DNA of 47,120 nucleotides, taken from UHGV virus genome UHGV-0008871, one strand, 5' to 3'. Under the pieces are notes generated by a model. That model made no database searches. It saw only the letters and a list, made by a program, of their open reading frames with translations, and was not told where the DNA came from. Both the position numbers and the translations under genes were made by a program. Shown here piece by piece: positions 37,965-47,000 of this stretch (position 1 is the first letter of the stretch; each line of letters starts with the position of its first letter). Source of the stretch: a virus.

Positions 37965-40900
37965 ATGGCACTAACCCTTTTGGCTACAAACAACGCAGAA
38001 AGCACGCTGGCTTCTGCTATCAGCGCAACCGACACGTCGCTGATCGTTAGCGCTGGAACTGGTGCCGAGTTCCCTGATGCTGTGGCAGGCGAGAGTTACT
38101 TTAAGCTCACTCTCACCGATGCCGCCACCGGCTCACAGGTTGAGATCGTGAACGTGACAGCTAAGGCCGGAGACATCTTCACGATTGAACGTGCGCAAGA
38201 AGGAACGCTGGCGCGTGCGTGGGCGGCCAACGACATGGTTGCCAACATGATGACGGCGGATACGCTGAACATTATCGCTCAATATGCCCAGCAGGCAGCT
38301 GCATCAGCAGATCAGGCAATTGAGGCTGCTAATAACGCCTCTGAATACGCAAAGAACAAATACACATTCTATAAGACTGCCAGCGATCCTGATGGCACCA
38401 TTGCAGGGTTGGCAGCAACTACTGACGGCCAGTCGTTCTGGGTAGCTCAGGGGCCAGATGCGCTTTCTGCTGCATGGCAGTATCAAAACAATGCTGGCGT
38501 GGCCGTGTTGCAGGCCAAGCAGCCAGGGACAGCGGCCATAACAGGGACAATCCGCGAGTTTCCGACGCTGGCTGCGGCGCAGGCAGACGCAGCTGCGGGT
38601 AATATACCGGTGGGATCAACTGCTTATTATCGCAGCTCAGATGACAATAATCTTTCAATTGAGGTTATCAATACCGCTGGTACGTTGGTAGCAACCGGAA
38701 GAAAAATTCCAGCGTATTCCGCTTTGCGTAGAGGCAACATTTTATTCGACGCATTTAATGAATATTCCTCAAGCCTTTTAACATTCGCTAACTGGGATTG
38801 GTATAAAGGCGCTACGCCAACATTTTCTACTACTGATGTTAATTTGCCGCTTCCAACACCTGTTATTCAAGCTTCTGGTGTAACATCGTTTGATAAATAT
38901 TACGATGTGTCAAAATTACAGGTAAAACCAGGAGACACTTTAGCTTTCTCTGTTTTGGTATGGTTCGAGAACGCTGGAGGCAAGTTACAGATTTATTGGC
39001 TTGATTCAGCAGGAGTAACCATCACTACAGGGGAGGCCTCTCCACTGGTTGCTGGTATATCTTCGCCGGTTGTGGTCATTGCTGTGCCATCTGGCGCATC
39101 ATCCATACGAATTCGGGTGCAAAACACTGTGTCAGGGGCGTTCAAAATCGGTGCCTATGCCGCAGCTATTGGTGATGTTACTCCTGAATTCACAAGGTCT
39201 TTCCCTTCAAAAGCGTACCAGGAGGCATTGGGTACCCCTGATAACCTCGTGTACGATCCTTTTGGCGAGATGCTTTCCGTTCGCCCTAAGCAAGGACTCC
39301 CAGCAGGCGTGGTTGACGCCATGAGTTACGCAGGAACATTGATTCAGAACAGCGCAAATTCACCATGGGGTAAGACCGGGATCCAAAACACGTCAGGAGT
39401 TGGTGCTGATCGTATTATTTCTCTCAGTTCGATGGGGGTTAAGCCGGGAGACACAATCACTGTCCGTCTGGCTGCATGGTTCGCGTCAACGGGTGGCACG
39501 TTTCAGGTTTTCTGTCGTAATGCATCCGGAGTACTTTCTTCGGCAACTATTGCCGCATCAGCATCCGGCTTTAATGATGGAAGTACCACGCTGACAATAC
39601 CAGCATCAACGACATACCTTACGCTTCGCGCATCAGGGGCTATGGTCAAGGAGCTGGTTGCCATAGGTGTAGCTTTCGGACGATCTCGCCCTGAGTTTAT
39701 TTACGGTAGCCTTCCAGCAGAGTATTCAGGATACCAGCGCCAGCAGATTAACCTGTGGCCTGATCCCTGGTATCGCCGCTACGAGTGCGGGGAAACGTGT
39801 ATTGATGGTTGGGGTCCTGCTCAAGTAGCAGGGGTTTCACTACCAGCATATGTTGCGGATTATTCTGGCAGCCCGTTTCTTAGGAAAAAATCTCTGATTA
39901 TCCCAGTAGGTGGTGGTCAGACGGATATTAACATTTCAGCAAAGCGGCTTGGACTGCGTGCTGGAGATTCGCTGACAGTAGCGCTGGGTGTGGTATCGTC
40001 TCAGGCAATCAACGTGGCAGCATATTTCCGGACGGCTAGCGGGACTGTTATTAGTGACAGTTCGTCTCAGTTGTTCCAGTTCCCAACCCAGCAATATCAG
40101 ACTCTGGTTCGCACAATAGCTATCACCCAGACTATTGTTGATACGGCTGGATATCTGCAAATCCGCCTTATGAATGGGCAGACTGTTGGCGCTGCAGGTG
40201 TTTATGTTGTTGCCAGGGGGCTCTTTGTTGGGAATGGCTCTCCTGTACTGAGTGATGATACGTACCGACAGGATGTCGATTACACAACTTCCAGAGCATT
40301 CACGTTAAATCAGGATTCACTCAGAGAGACACATAAGCGCCTGATGAACAGGCGGCTTTCTCAGTCAGCAACACTGGTAACAGCGCACATTGGCGATAGC
40401 TGGACTCACCTGTGGAACCGATGGAGCGGAATTTTTGCCGGAAAAATGCAGGCTGACTATGGCAGTGCAGGTATCGGCTATATCGGATTTGGCTATCCGT
40501 CTGAGGCGGGTTTCGGGCAGTATAACGGCAATATACTTGGTCAGATAACTTTGACCAAAACAGGAACATGGACGCCGACATATGCGGCAGCACAGAGCGC
40601 AGATATTTGTAGCGTCTCGTCTTCTGATACCACCGCTACTTTCAGGGCGAACGGTATACCGGCAAATGCATCGTCAGTCCGCCTTTTTGCTAAACCTCAG
40701 GGGAGTGTTAAATACAGCACAGATGGTGGAGTTAACTGGACAACTATCGACCTGAGCACGTTCACTGACCTTGCGGTTGTCAGCCTCACGGTACCGGCAA
40801 CAGCTTTCAATATCTGGTTCAGTCCGGTATCAGGAACCGTTGAACTGTACGGTCTGGATGTGCAGACCGCGACAGATGGTGTCCGGTCTCACAAGCTGGG

Positions 40901-41354
40901 TGCGACGGGGAGTTCTGCTCAACAATGGGCGGCGCAGGTTACCAGCGCAACATGGAAAGCAGCATTCACCGCGCTGGCCCCCAATCTGGTGACAATTCTG
41001 CATGGGACCAATGACCAGACATCATCCCGTGATCCATCCGCGTTTGCTGCCGATATTCAGACGATAATCACAGCAGTTCGCACTGCATGCCCGTTGGCTG
41101 ATGTTCTGGTGATCATGCCATGTGAAAACCAGAGGAATAACAATGTGGCAATGGCGGCGTATGCGTCTGTTGTACGGGATGTTTGTGCGCTAAACAGGGT
41201 GGCTTATCACAATCTCCAGATTGACTACGGAGACAAGCCATCTGATTACGCATCGACATCTCCACGCAACTGGTTCAATGCTGATGGAATCCATCCTGAC
41301 CCTGCAACTGGAGGTGGGCTGCCGATCGTTTCTGCTGTTTTGAAGTTAATGTAA
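37965..41354 (+). CDS. Long tail fibre: conserved N-terminal anchor domain, three internal ~110-aa repeats, C-terminal SGNH/GDSL-type esterase-like domain (1129 aa from Met at 37965)
   Basis: RBS ggagg before ATG 37965; SGNH blocks HIGDSWT, HGTND and DGIHPD in the last ~330 aa; N-terminus homologous to the second fibre. Confidence 0.75.
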   Translation: MALTLLATNNAESTLASAISATDTSLIVSAGTGAEFPDAVAGESYFKLTLTDAATGSQVEIVNVTAKAGDIFTIERAQEGTLARAWAANDMVANMMTADTLNIIAQYAQQAAASADQAIEAANNASEYAKNKYTFYKTASDPDGTIAGLAATTDGQSFWVAQGPDALSAAWQYQNNAGVAVLQAKQPGTAAITGTIREFPTLAAAQADAAAGNIPVGSTAYYRSSDDNNLSIEVINTAGTLVATGRKIPAYSALRRGNILFDAFNEYSSSLLTFANWDWYKGATPTFSTTDVNLPLPTPVIQASGVTSFDKYYDVSKLQVKPGDTLAFSVLVWFENAGGKLQIYWLDSAGVTITTGEASPLVAGISSPVVVIAVPSGASSIRIRVQNTVSGAFKIGAYAAAIGDVTPEFTRSFPSKAYQEALGTPDNLVYDPFGEMLSVRPKQGLPAGVVDAMSYAGTLIQNSANSPWGKTGIQNTSGVGADRIISLSSMGVKPGDTITVRLAAWFASTGGTFQVFCRNASGVLSSATIAASASGFNDGSTTLTIPASTTYLTLRASGAMVKELVAIGVAFGRSRPEFIYGSLPAEYSGYQRQQINLWPDPWYRRYECGETCIDGWGPAQVAGVSLPAYVADYSGSPFLRKKSLIIPVGGGQTDINISAKRLGLRAGDSLTVALGVVSSQAINVAAYFRTASGTVISDSSSQLFQFPTQQYQTLVRTIAITQTIVDTAGYLQIRLMNGQTVGAAGVYVVARGLFVGNGSPVLSDDTYRQDVDYTTSRAFTLNQDSLRETHKRLMNRRLSQSATLVTAHIGDSWTHLWNRWSGIFAGKMQADYGSAGIGYIGFGYPSEAGFGQYNGNILGQITLTKTGTWTPTYAAAQSADICSVSSSDTTATFRANGIPANASSVRLFAKPQGSVKYSTDGGVNWTTIDLSTFTDLAVVSLTVPATAFNIWFSPVSGTVELYGLDVQTATDGVRSHKLGATGSSAQQWAAQVTSATWKAAFTALAPNLVTILHGTNDQTSSRDPSAFAADIQTIITAVRTACPLADVLVIMPCENQRNNNVAMAAYASVVRDVCALNRVAYHNLQIDYGDKPSDYASTSPRNWFNADGIHPDPATGGGLPIVSAVLKLM

Positions 41355-41387
41355 AACTCCTACATTGATCTTCCCTCACAACAATAA

Positions 41388-41407
41388 TACTGTGTGTTTG
41401 TACAGTA
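41388..41407 (+). promoter_or_regulatory. LexA (SOS) box taCTGTgtgtttgtACAGta within the promoter of the downstream two-gene cassette
   Basis: Perfect CTGT-N8-ACAG palindrome with TA flanks, 18 nt upstream of a gggaggg RBS; overlaps a TATTAT -10-like hexamer. Confidence 0.7.
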
Positions 41408-41425
41408 TTATTGGGAGGGCAGATC

Positions 41426-41665
41426 ATGCTTCGACAGTCAGACATCGCAGCGGCGTTCCGCGAGTCGGTATTGCGCAGTTCCAAGGGGTTCCAGTACCTT
41501 CACACCCGCGACTTCGTTACCGCGCTGCGCCGGCGCGGCATCCATTTTTCCGAGGTGGAGGCGAACTCCTGGATCGCACGCGAGCAAACGTATTTCGTCG
41601 ACAAAACGGCAGAGCATAGTGAAAACTGCCTGTGGATGATGGCCAACATGGGGAGGATTCTGTAA
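41426..41665 (+). CDS. Hypothetical SOS-regulated protein (79 aa)
   Basis: Strong RBS gggaggg 7 nt upstream; LexA box in the promoter; TAATG coupling to the next gene. Confidence 0.55.
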   Translation: MLRQSDIAAAFRESVLRSSKGFQYLHTRDFVTALRRRGIHFSEVEANSWIAREQTYFVDKTAEHSENCLWMMANMGRIL

Positions 41666-41982
41666 TGGGCTTTCCTTCACCCGCGACGGATTACGTTGAG
41701 CAGCGACTGTCTGTCAACTCGATCTGCAATGTTGGGCCTAATACGTTGCTCTTCGAACGGTCTGGCGGTTACGTTGTGCTGGATATCTCCCTGAAGCCAA
41801 AGCAGGGTAGCCAACTACTTATACAGCACGGCGGCGGGACGGAGCTTGCCACGCTGAGAGGAAGGTCGCTGATTACTGAAGATGGTGAAGCGATCGAGGG
41901 CGAAGCCCTGGACGATGTTACTGTCATCGGCGTCGTGACGTTTACTATCTGCGATGTTCGTTCCGATAATTCTATTATTTAA
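41665..41982 (+). CDS. UmuD'-like protein lacking a recognisable serine-protease motif (105 aa)
   Basis: N-terminus MGFPSPATDYVEQRLSVN matches the UmuD/MucA post-cleavage N-terminus (GFPSPAADYVEQRIDLN); QLLIQH and VIGVV also echo UmuD; no GDSM motif. Confidence 0.55.
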   Translation: MGFPSPATDYVEQRLSVNSICNVGPNTLLFERSGGYVVLDISLKPKQGSQLLIQHGGGTELATLRGRSLITEDGEAIEGEALDDVTVIGVVTFTICDVRSDNSII

Positions 41983-41993
41983 CTGGGGTATAT

Positions 41994-43025
41994 ATGGCGC
42001 TGAAGCTATTAGCCAATAATAACGCAAAGAGTGTTCTCGCTGCGGGTATTAGCGCGTCCGCTACCGTTATTACCGTGGGTACTGGAGCGGGGTCTTTATT
42101 CCCGTCCCCTGTATCAGGGCAGAGTTATTTCAAATTAACGATAACCGACGCGGCCACGAAAACAATTTCTGAAATTATGCACGTCACGTCTGTATCCGGT
42201 GACGTGATGACAGTAATTCGTGGTCAGGAAGGAACTACGGCACGTGTATGGTCAACGAATGACATTGTTGCGAATTTAATGACCGCCGGGTCTTTATTAT
42301 CTTTCCTGCAGATCAGCAATAACCTGTCAGAAATTAAAGATGCCGGTGATGATGCGGTAAATGAAGCCCGTTATAACCTCGGAATATCTGATTCCTCTGG
42401 TTTTGTCGGGCGTTCTCTTGGCGCACCAAAAACTTTCTATACAAATGGAACTTATACTCGCTCACCGCTGGCCCGTTATGCAAAAGTAACGTTGGTCGGA
42501 GGTGGCGGCGGCGGTGGCGGGTGCCAGGCATCTAATAACACCGAAACCTTTTCCGGTGCCGGCGGCGGCGCGGGTGCGACCATTATCGTATGGGTTGACC
42601 TGTCTGCTGCCAGTTCTTACGCGATTACTGTCGGCAAGGGTGGTAAGGGCGGAGTTGGCGCAGTAAGTGGTGCGGATGGTGGTGCTACCTCGTTTGCCAG
42701 CCTGTTCTCAGCTCCTGGCGGGAAAGGCGGCGTGAAGTCAGGCGTGTCCAATACCGCCGGCGGCGCCGGAGGTACGGCGGCGACCGGAGATATCAGGATC
42801 AACGGTGGTACCGGCTCAGATGGACAGACAGGCTCAAGCCTTCTGACGGGCAACGGCGGGGCGTCGTATTTTGGCGGCGGTGGCCGGGCGGGTTCTCAGG
42901 CCGGTATTGCTGGCGCAGCTCCCGGATCCGGTGGTGGTGGCGCGTATGACCTTGGGTTTACCGGTACGGCATTTACCGGTGGTGATGGTGCTACTGGCAT
43001 GGCGATCGTGGAAGAATTCGCGTAA
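41994..43025 (+). CDS. Second tail fibre: same N-terminal anchor domain as the long fibre, Gly-rich C-terminal domain (343 aa)
   Basis: N-terminal ~100 aa alignable by eye with fibre 1; C-terminal half is Gly-rich (GGGGGGG, GGxGG repeats). Confidence 0.7.
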   Translation: MALKLLANNNAKSVLAAGISASATVITVGTGAGSLFPSPVSGQSYFKLTITDAATKTISEIMHVTSVSGDVMTVIRGQEGTTARVWSTNDIVANLMTAGSLLSFLQISNNLSEIKDAGDDAVNEARYNLGISDSSGFVGRSLGAPKTFYTNGTYTRSPLARYAKVTLVGGGGGGGGCQASNNTETFSGAGGGAGATIIVWVDLSAASSYAITVGKGGKGGVGAVSGADGGATSFASLFSAPGGKGGVKSGVSNTAGGAGGTAATGDIRINGGTGSDGQTGSSLLTGNGGASYFGGGGRAGSQAGIAGAAPGSGGGGAYDLGFTGTAFTGGDGATGMAIVEEFA

Positions 43026-43029
43026 TGGC

Positions 43030-44226
43030 TTACACTCCTGCACGACCATCGATGTAATCAGCCCACCATTGCATCATTTCTCTGCGCTTATCGAGATACT
43101 GAGCATGGTTGTAAATTCCACGTACAGATCCGCCGTTGGCATGTGCCAGCTGCACTTCAATAGCGTCAGCAGGCCATTCGTGCTCGTTCATAATCGTGCT
43201 GAATTCATGCCTGAATCCGTGACCGCTTTCCAGACCTTCATAGCCGATTTGTTTGATCACAAGCAATACCGCGTTCTCGCAGATTGGCTTCTTCTTATCG
43301 TTGCGCCCGGCAAAAACAAACTCTGAGACTGGTTTGGTGATTGAGCTTAGCGTAGTGAGAAGTTCAACCACCTGGTCTGACATCGGGACCACATGAATTT
43401 TGCGTCCCTTCATCACACTGGCGTCGATGGTGATAATCCTGTTTTCAAAATCGACGTTCTTCCATAGCATGGAACGAAGCTCTTTTGTTCTTAGGGCTGT
43501 GTAGCGTAAAACTTTGGTCGCAATGAGCGATACGATACTTCCTGAAAATGTTGCAAGTGCTTTGTTGAATGCCGGGATCTGGTCGGCAGGTAAAAACGGG
43601 AAGTTCTTCTTGCGGTATCCCTTCATGGCGTCAGCAAGGTCAGGTGCCGGGTTATATTTAGCCCTACCAGTGACAATAGCGTAACGGAAAACCTCGCCGC
43701 ATCTTCTGCGGGCTTTGTTGGCTCGCTCCATTGCACCGCGATCTTCAAATCTGCGGATTACTTCCAGCAGTTGCATCGGCTCAATATCCTGAATTTCAAG
43801 GCCGCCGATGATAGGTAAAATGTCGTCATCAAACATTTTTGCAAGTTCAGTCGCATACCCTACTGACCATACTTGCTTCTTGTGCTCGTACCATTCCTTG
43901 TAAATCGCACTAAAGGAATTGTTGTTAGACGAAGCCTTTTTCGCCTTTACCGGATCGATGCCAACCGAGATGTCTTTCCTCGCAGTCCATGCCTTATCCC
44001 TTGCTTCCTGCAAAGTCATAAGCGGATATTTTCCGACGGTCAGGATTTTCTCCTTACCGTCAATCTTGTAGCGAAGCTGCCATACCTTTTTCCCTGACAC
44101 AGGGACATAAAGGTACAGGCCATTACCATCGAGAAGGCGGTATGGTTTTTCTTTCGGCTTTGCTGCTTCAATCTGCTTAACGGTGAGCATGGGTAAAAAT
44201 CCGGTGGGTAAAATTATTTTATCCAC
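43030..44226 (-). CDS. intS: Tyrosine integrase, P4/IntS-type (398 aa; alternative start at 44190)
   Basis: Adjacent to the tRNA-Arg gene; catalytic HGFRH…Y region; matches my recollection of E. coli IntS (CPS-53/KplE1). Confidence 0.85.
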   Translation of the reverse strand: MDKIILPTGFLPMLTVKQIEAAKPKEKPYRLLDGNGLYLYVPVSGKKVWQLRYKIDGKEKILTVGKYPLMTLQEARDKAWTARKDISVGIDPVKAKKASSNNNSFSAIYKEWYEHKKQVWSVGYATELAKMFDDDILPIIGGLEIQDIEPMQLLEVIRRFEDRGAMERANKARRRCGEVFRYAIVTGRAKYNPAPDLADAMKGYRKKNFPFLPADQIPAFNKALATFSGSIVSLIATKVLRYTALRTKELRSMLWKNVDFENRIITIDASVMKGRKIHVVPMSDQVVELLTTLSSITKPVSEFVFAGRNDKKKPICENAVLLVIKQIGYEGLESGHGFRHEFSTIMNEHEWPADAIEVQLAHANGGSVRGIYNHAQYLDKRREMMQWWADYIDGRAGV

Positions 44227-44351
44227 TTTTTACCCGTCATGGAGTGCGGCTGTCAACGATCTGACGCGAACCATGACGAACTGTGAATCTACGGGAGGCT
44301 TGATATTCAGGGGATTTTGCGGACTGGTACGGATGGGAGCGAACTGATAAA

Positions 44352-44426
44352 TGGTGTCCCCTGCAGGAATCGAACCTGCAATTAGCCCTTAGGAGGGGCT
44401 CGTTATATCCATTTAACTAAGAGGAC
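44352..44426 (-). tRNA. argW: tRNA-Arg (anticodon CCU), prophage integration target
   Basis: Hand-folded cloverleaf from the minus strand: GTCCTCTTAGTTAAATGGATATAACGAGCCCCTCCTAAGGGCTAATTGCAGGTTCGATTCCTGCAGGGGACACCA; last 15 nt repeated at 442-456. Confidence 0.85.
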
Positions 44427-44501
44427 AATGCGGCATGAGTATACCCGCTAATGGAGTGCGGGGTAAGTACGCTGCCGCTCGATTGCTTAAACCCTCGCCA
44501 T

Positions 44502-45434
44502 TTATGCCGGGTTTTTATAATTTTTCTTAATGTTTTCCGCACGTTCTGCTTTTTGGCGTGCTTCTGCTTTACGCTTATTGCTCATGTCGTTACGAATCTG
44601 TGCATGACTCATTAACGCGAAGATAAAGGTGCCGCCGCAGATGTTCCCCGCTAAAGTAGGTAGTGCGAAGGGCCAGATGAAATCGCTCCAGTGCAGCGTG
44701 CCGTTAAACACCAGATAGAGGATTTCAACAGAACCGACAACGATGTGGGTGGTGTCACCCAGTGCAATAAGCCAGGTCATCAATATAATCACCACAATCT
44801 TTGCCGCACCCGCAGCAGGAAACATCCAAACCATAGTGGCGATCAGCCAGCCGGAAATGATCGCGTTGGCAAACATCTCGCTGGGGGTGTTCTTCATCAC
44901 ATCCATGCCGATTTTGACAAATGCATCGCGAGTTTCTTCATTGAAGATAGGCATATATTCAAATGCCCATGCAGCAATACCTGTCCCGAGAATATTACCC
45001 AGCAGCACGACGCCCCATAATCGCATAAGTAAGCCGACGTTGCTCATTGTCGGTTTTTGCATGACGGGTAGTACCGCAGTCACGGTGTTTTCGGTAAATA
45101 ATTGCTGGCGGGCCATAATGACGATAATAAAACCAAAGGTATAACCGAGATTCTCCAGTAAGAAGCTGCCTGGCACTCCTTCCAGTTCGACATGAAATAT
45201 CCCTTTTGCCAGTAGCGAAGCGCCCATCGACAGACCCGCCGCAATGGCTGACCACAGTAGCGCCATTGCGTCGCGTTCCAGCTCTTTTTCACCATCCTGG
45301 CGGATATGCTCATGAATTGCCATCGCCCGGGAGGGGAGTCGATCTTCATCTATTTCTATTTTTTTGCCGCGCTCTTTTTCTTCGCTCTCAACTTCAATTT
45401 CGTCGCTGTGTTGATCAATTTTGTCGTTGTCCAT
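44502..45434 (-). CDS. yfdC: Formate/nitrite-transporter-family inner membrane protein YfdC (host gene), 310 aa
   Basis: Multi-TM protein matching my recollection of E. coli yfdC, the chromosomal neighbour of argW. Confidence 0.8.
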   Translation of the reverse strand: MDNDKIDQHSDEIEVESEEKERGKKIEIDEDRLPSRAMAIHEHIRQDGEKELERDAMALLWSAIAAGLSMGASLLAKGIFHVELEGVPGSFLLENLGYTFGFIIVIMARQQLFTENTVTAVLPVMQKPTMSNVGLLMRLWGVVLLGNILGTGIAAWAFEYMPIFNEETRDAFVKIGMDVMKNTPSEMFANAIISGWLIATMVWMFPAAGAAKIVVIILMTWLIALGDTTHIVVGSVEILYLVFNGTLHWSDFIWPFALPTLAGNICGGTFIFALMSHAQIRNDMSNKRKAEARQKAERAENIKKNYKNPA

Positions 45435-45727
45435 GGTCTCTTCTCTTGAATTAGCACGTATAGCTAAAGCGTAGCGGCTTTTTTGCTCGCAACTGGCGGG
45501 AGTTACTCTGAAAATGTAGAAAAGGCTGCGTTTGCCTTTTTCTGTTTCTATAGAATCAAGTAGCCTACAGGGCGGCGATTACCAGGCTATGATCAAATCA
45601 GCAAATCAGGGCGTCTGGACATCAGTTGACGTGCTGTTACAATCGCCCACACCTAAACAGGCGGATACGGTATCGTTCCGTCATGGATGGCAAACTGCAT
45701 AAGCCATAAAAAAACAGGGAGACATTT

Positions 45728-46483
45728 ATGAAGCTTCGCCTGTCGGCGCTTGCTCTGGGAACTACGCTTCTGGTGGGGTGTGCGAGTTCCGGTACAGATC
45801 AGCAAGGGCGTTCTGACCCGTTAGAAGGGTTCAACCGCACCATGTACAACTTCAACTTCAACGTATTAGACCCGTATATTGTTCGACCGGTCGCTGTCGC
45901 CTGGCGTGATTATGTTCCGCAACCGGCGCGTAATGGTTTGAGCAACTTTACTGGCAACCTTGAAGAACCTGCGGTGATGGTTAACTACTTCTTGCAGGGC
46001 GACCCTTATCAGGGGATGGTCCACTTTACCCGCTTTTTCCTGAACACCATTTTGGGGATGGGCGGCTTTATTGATGTTGCAGGGATGGCGAACCCGAAAC
46101 TGCAACGGACTGAACCTCACCGCTTCGGTAGTACGCTTGGTCATTATGGCGTGGGTTATGGGCCTTACGTTCAGTTACCGTTCTACGGTAGCTTCACGCT
46201 GCGTGATGACGGTGGTGATATGGCGGATGGTCTTTACCCGGTTCTTTCCTGGCTGACCTGGCCGATGTCTGTGGGTAAATGGACGCTTGAAGGGATCGAA
46301 ACCCGCGCTCAGCTGCTGGATTCCGATGGTCTGCTGCGTCAGTCGTCCGATCCTTATATTATGGTGCGCGAAGCGTACTTCCAGCGTCATGATTTCATCG
46401 CTAATGGCGGCGAACTCAAACCGCAGGAAAATCCGAACGCACAAGCGATTCAGGATGATTTAAAAGATATTGATTCTGAATAA
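45728..46483 (+). CDS. mlaA: Outer-membrane lipoprotein MlaA/VacJ (host gene), 251 aa
   Basis: Lipobox LLVGCAS and MlaA-like sequence; neighbour of yfdC in E. coli. Confidence 0.85.
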   Translation: MKLRLSALALGTTLLVGCASSGTDQQGRSDPLEGFNRTMYNFNFNVLDPYIVRPVAVAWRDYVPQPARNGLSNFTGNLEEPAVMVNYFLQGDPYQGMVHFTRFFLNTILGMGGFIDVAGMANPKLQRTEPHRFGSTLGHYGVGYGPYVQLPFYGSFTLRDDGGDMADGLYPVLSWLTWPMSVGKWTLEGIETRAQLLDSDGLLRQSSDPYIMVREAYFQRHDFIANGGELKPQENPNAQAIQDDLKDIDSE

Positions 46484-46496
46484 GAAACAAATAAAA

Positions 46497-46527
46497 AAGG
46501 TGAGTCGCAATACTCACCTTTTTTGTT
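46497..46527 (+). terminator. Rho-independent terminator downstream of mlaA
   Basis: Hairpin aaggtgagt-cgcaat-actcacctt followed by tttttt. Confidence 0.7.
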
Positions 46528-46664
46528 GTTATCCCTCAATTACCACAAGTAAAAGGAGATAAACCGACAATGACCCGGACGTAATGATGTAAAAATACTG
46601 ATGTTCGTCACTGACTATTTCCGATATTCAGGCGTTGAAAAATCAAAAAACTGGAAAAATAATT

Positions 46665-47000
46665 TTAAATATCATCAAAATTAACACCTGGCGCAGATAG
46701 TTGATTAATTTCATTTTGATATTTCGCCTGGCGATTTTGAAGTCTTTTTTCAACGTTATCTTCGAGATCCTTAAAGTCTTTGTATTTATTTTCAGGATGG
46801 TCAACGTCAACTTTGTTAGCGAATAAATTAGAAATTGTTTCTTTTACATTGTCGCGTCTAAATTTTGCATCGTCCACTTGAAAATTATATCTTATTGCTC
46901 GACCTAAACGTTTAAAAACTTCGTTAGGTTCTCTCAGTCTTTCCCCGTTGAGCTCGTTTACAACCTGATGATCGGAACCTGTTGCAAATGATTCTGCCAT
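46665..47000 (-). CDS. Hypothetical host protein, AT-rich (111 aa as listed; true start may lie upstream or beyond the window)
   Basis: ORF track only; not recognised. Confidence 0.35.
   Translation of the reverse strand: MAESFATGSDHQVVNELNGERLREPNEVFKRLGRAIRYNFQVDDAKFRRDNVKETISNLFANKVDVDHPENKYKDFKDLEDNVEKRLQNRQAKYQNEINQLSAPGVNFDDI

Larger units (their letters stand above)
442..44366. mobile_element. Intact lambdoid prophage (KplE1/CPS-53-like) at argW, ~43.9 kb, bounded by 15-bp direct repeats
   Basis: Direct repeats at both ends, integrase at the tRNA end, excisionase at the far end, complete early, lysis and morphogenesis modules between them, host genes beyond the tRNA. Confidence 0.8.

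Noticed and set aside
41365-41639. Two alternative-frame ORFs (41365-41619 and 41394-41639) overlapping the first SOS-cassette gene
   Set aside because: Only the 41426 start has a strong RBS (gggaggg) and TAATG coupling to the downstream gene; the others lack initiation context.
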